Below are positions 48,847 through 49,327 of a stretch of 49,327 nt of DNA, in pieces. Source of the DNA: a virus. Its lineage: Duplodnaviria > Caudoviricetes. The translations under genes and the position numbers were made by a program. The notes below the pieces were generated by a model. It did no database searches and had not been told where the DNA came from. It saw only the letters and a list, made by a program, of their open reading frames with translations. Location of the stretch: IMG/VR virus record IMGVR_UViG_3300020171_000041, positions 1 to 49,327 of that record; one strand, given 5' to 3'. How positions within the stretch are numbered: position 1 is the first letter of the stretch; every line of letters starts with the position of its first letter.

Positions 48847-49002
48847 ATGTTTTATTATTGGATCACATGGCAAGAAGAAATTCATGGTCAGCTTAATTTA
48901 AACATTGACCACGAAACATTAAATGAATACACATATAATTTATGTTATGATGCTTATATGTATGTAAACTATTTTATGGATTTTGATGATGTTCCATATT
49001 AA
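48847..49002 (+). CDS. Small acidic/aromatic protein with SSB-tail-like C-terminus (51 aa, not in ORF track)
   Basis: AAGGAG RBS; ends YFMDFDDVPY. Confidence 0.65.
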   Translation: MFYYWITWQEEIHGQLNLNIDHETLNEYTYNLCYDAYMYVNYFMDFDDVPY

Positions 49003-49056
49003 TAAAAGAACAATGATTGTTCATAACGTGAACGGGAAAGTTAGGTGCGGCAAACT

Positions 49057-49166
49057 GTTACGCGTAAAACGTAATGTGTATTTTCATTGTCGGCGGCCGA
49101 AAAAGCCCTGTTCACGTGAATCTAAATAGCTGAACAACGATATGGTTTTTGTTCACGGAATGAACA
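49057..49166. repeat. Right arm of degenerate subterminal inverted repeat
   Basis: Reverse complement aligns with 129-239. Confidence 0.85.
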
Positions 49167-49261
49167 GCGAGATTTCGTCTCAAGCACATATAGCAAAGCC
49201 ACAAATGGGATTAAGAATCAGTTACGCTGTAACATAGTTACGTTTATAGGCCCCCGGCCCT

Positions 49262-49327
<66 letters not shown>

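Noticed and set aside
129-49166. Palindrome as a LexA SOS box
   Set aside because: Spacing GTTC-N7-GAAC does not match the boxes I know (GAAC-N4-GTTC, TGTTC-N4-GAACA, GTTC-N7-GTTC), and most copies are not at promoters

Overview
Apparently near-complete, AT-rich ~49 kb tailed dsDNA phage genome with podovirus-like morphogenesis genes, in two convergent arms. The + arm (379-20926, plus 48202-49002) holds small early genes, a SprT protease, a PD-(D/E)XK nuclease/AAA ATPase/SSB-like module, NAD-dependent ligase, a ParB-HTH-DNA methyltransferase fusion, a UDG-like/PolA locus split by an HNH gene, a DUF3987-type helicase, a DEDDh exonuclease and a MazG-like protein. The - arm (47034 to 21075) holds TerS, TerL, portal, scaffold, two decoration-like proteins, major capsid, adaptor, a beta-helix+SGNH tailspike, nozzle and three ejection proteins. 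I found no integrase, primase, RNA polymerase, tRNA or CRISPR array. The strongest unexplained signal is a palindrome YGTTCA-N5-TGAACR found 11 times by eye across the genome, 4 of them inside genes; it may be the loading site of the ParB-MTase. Other notable signals: a ~110 bp degenerate inverted repeat placed exactly 96 bp from the poly-T tract at each end, two consensus sigma54 promoters, an ADP-ribosyltransferase module bracketed by a repeated peptide in the largest ejection protein, and a 51-aa ORF ending in an SSB-tail mimic. All family calls come from motif recognition, not database searches.
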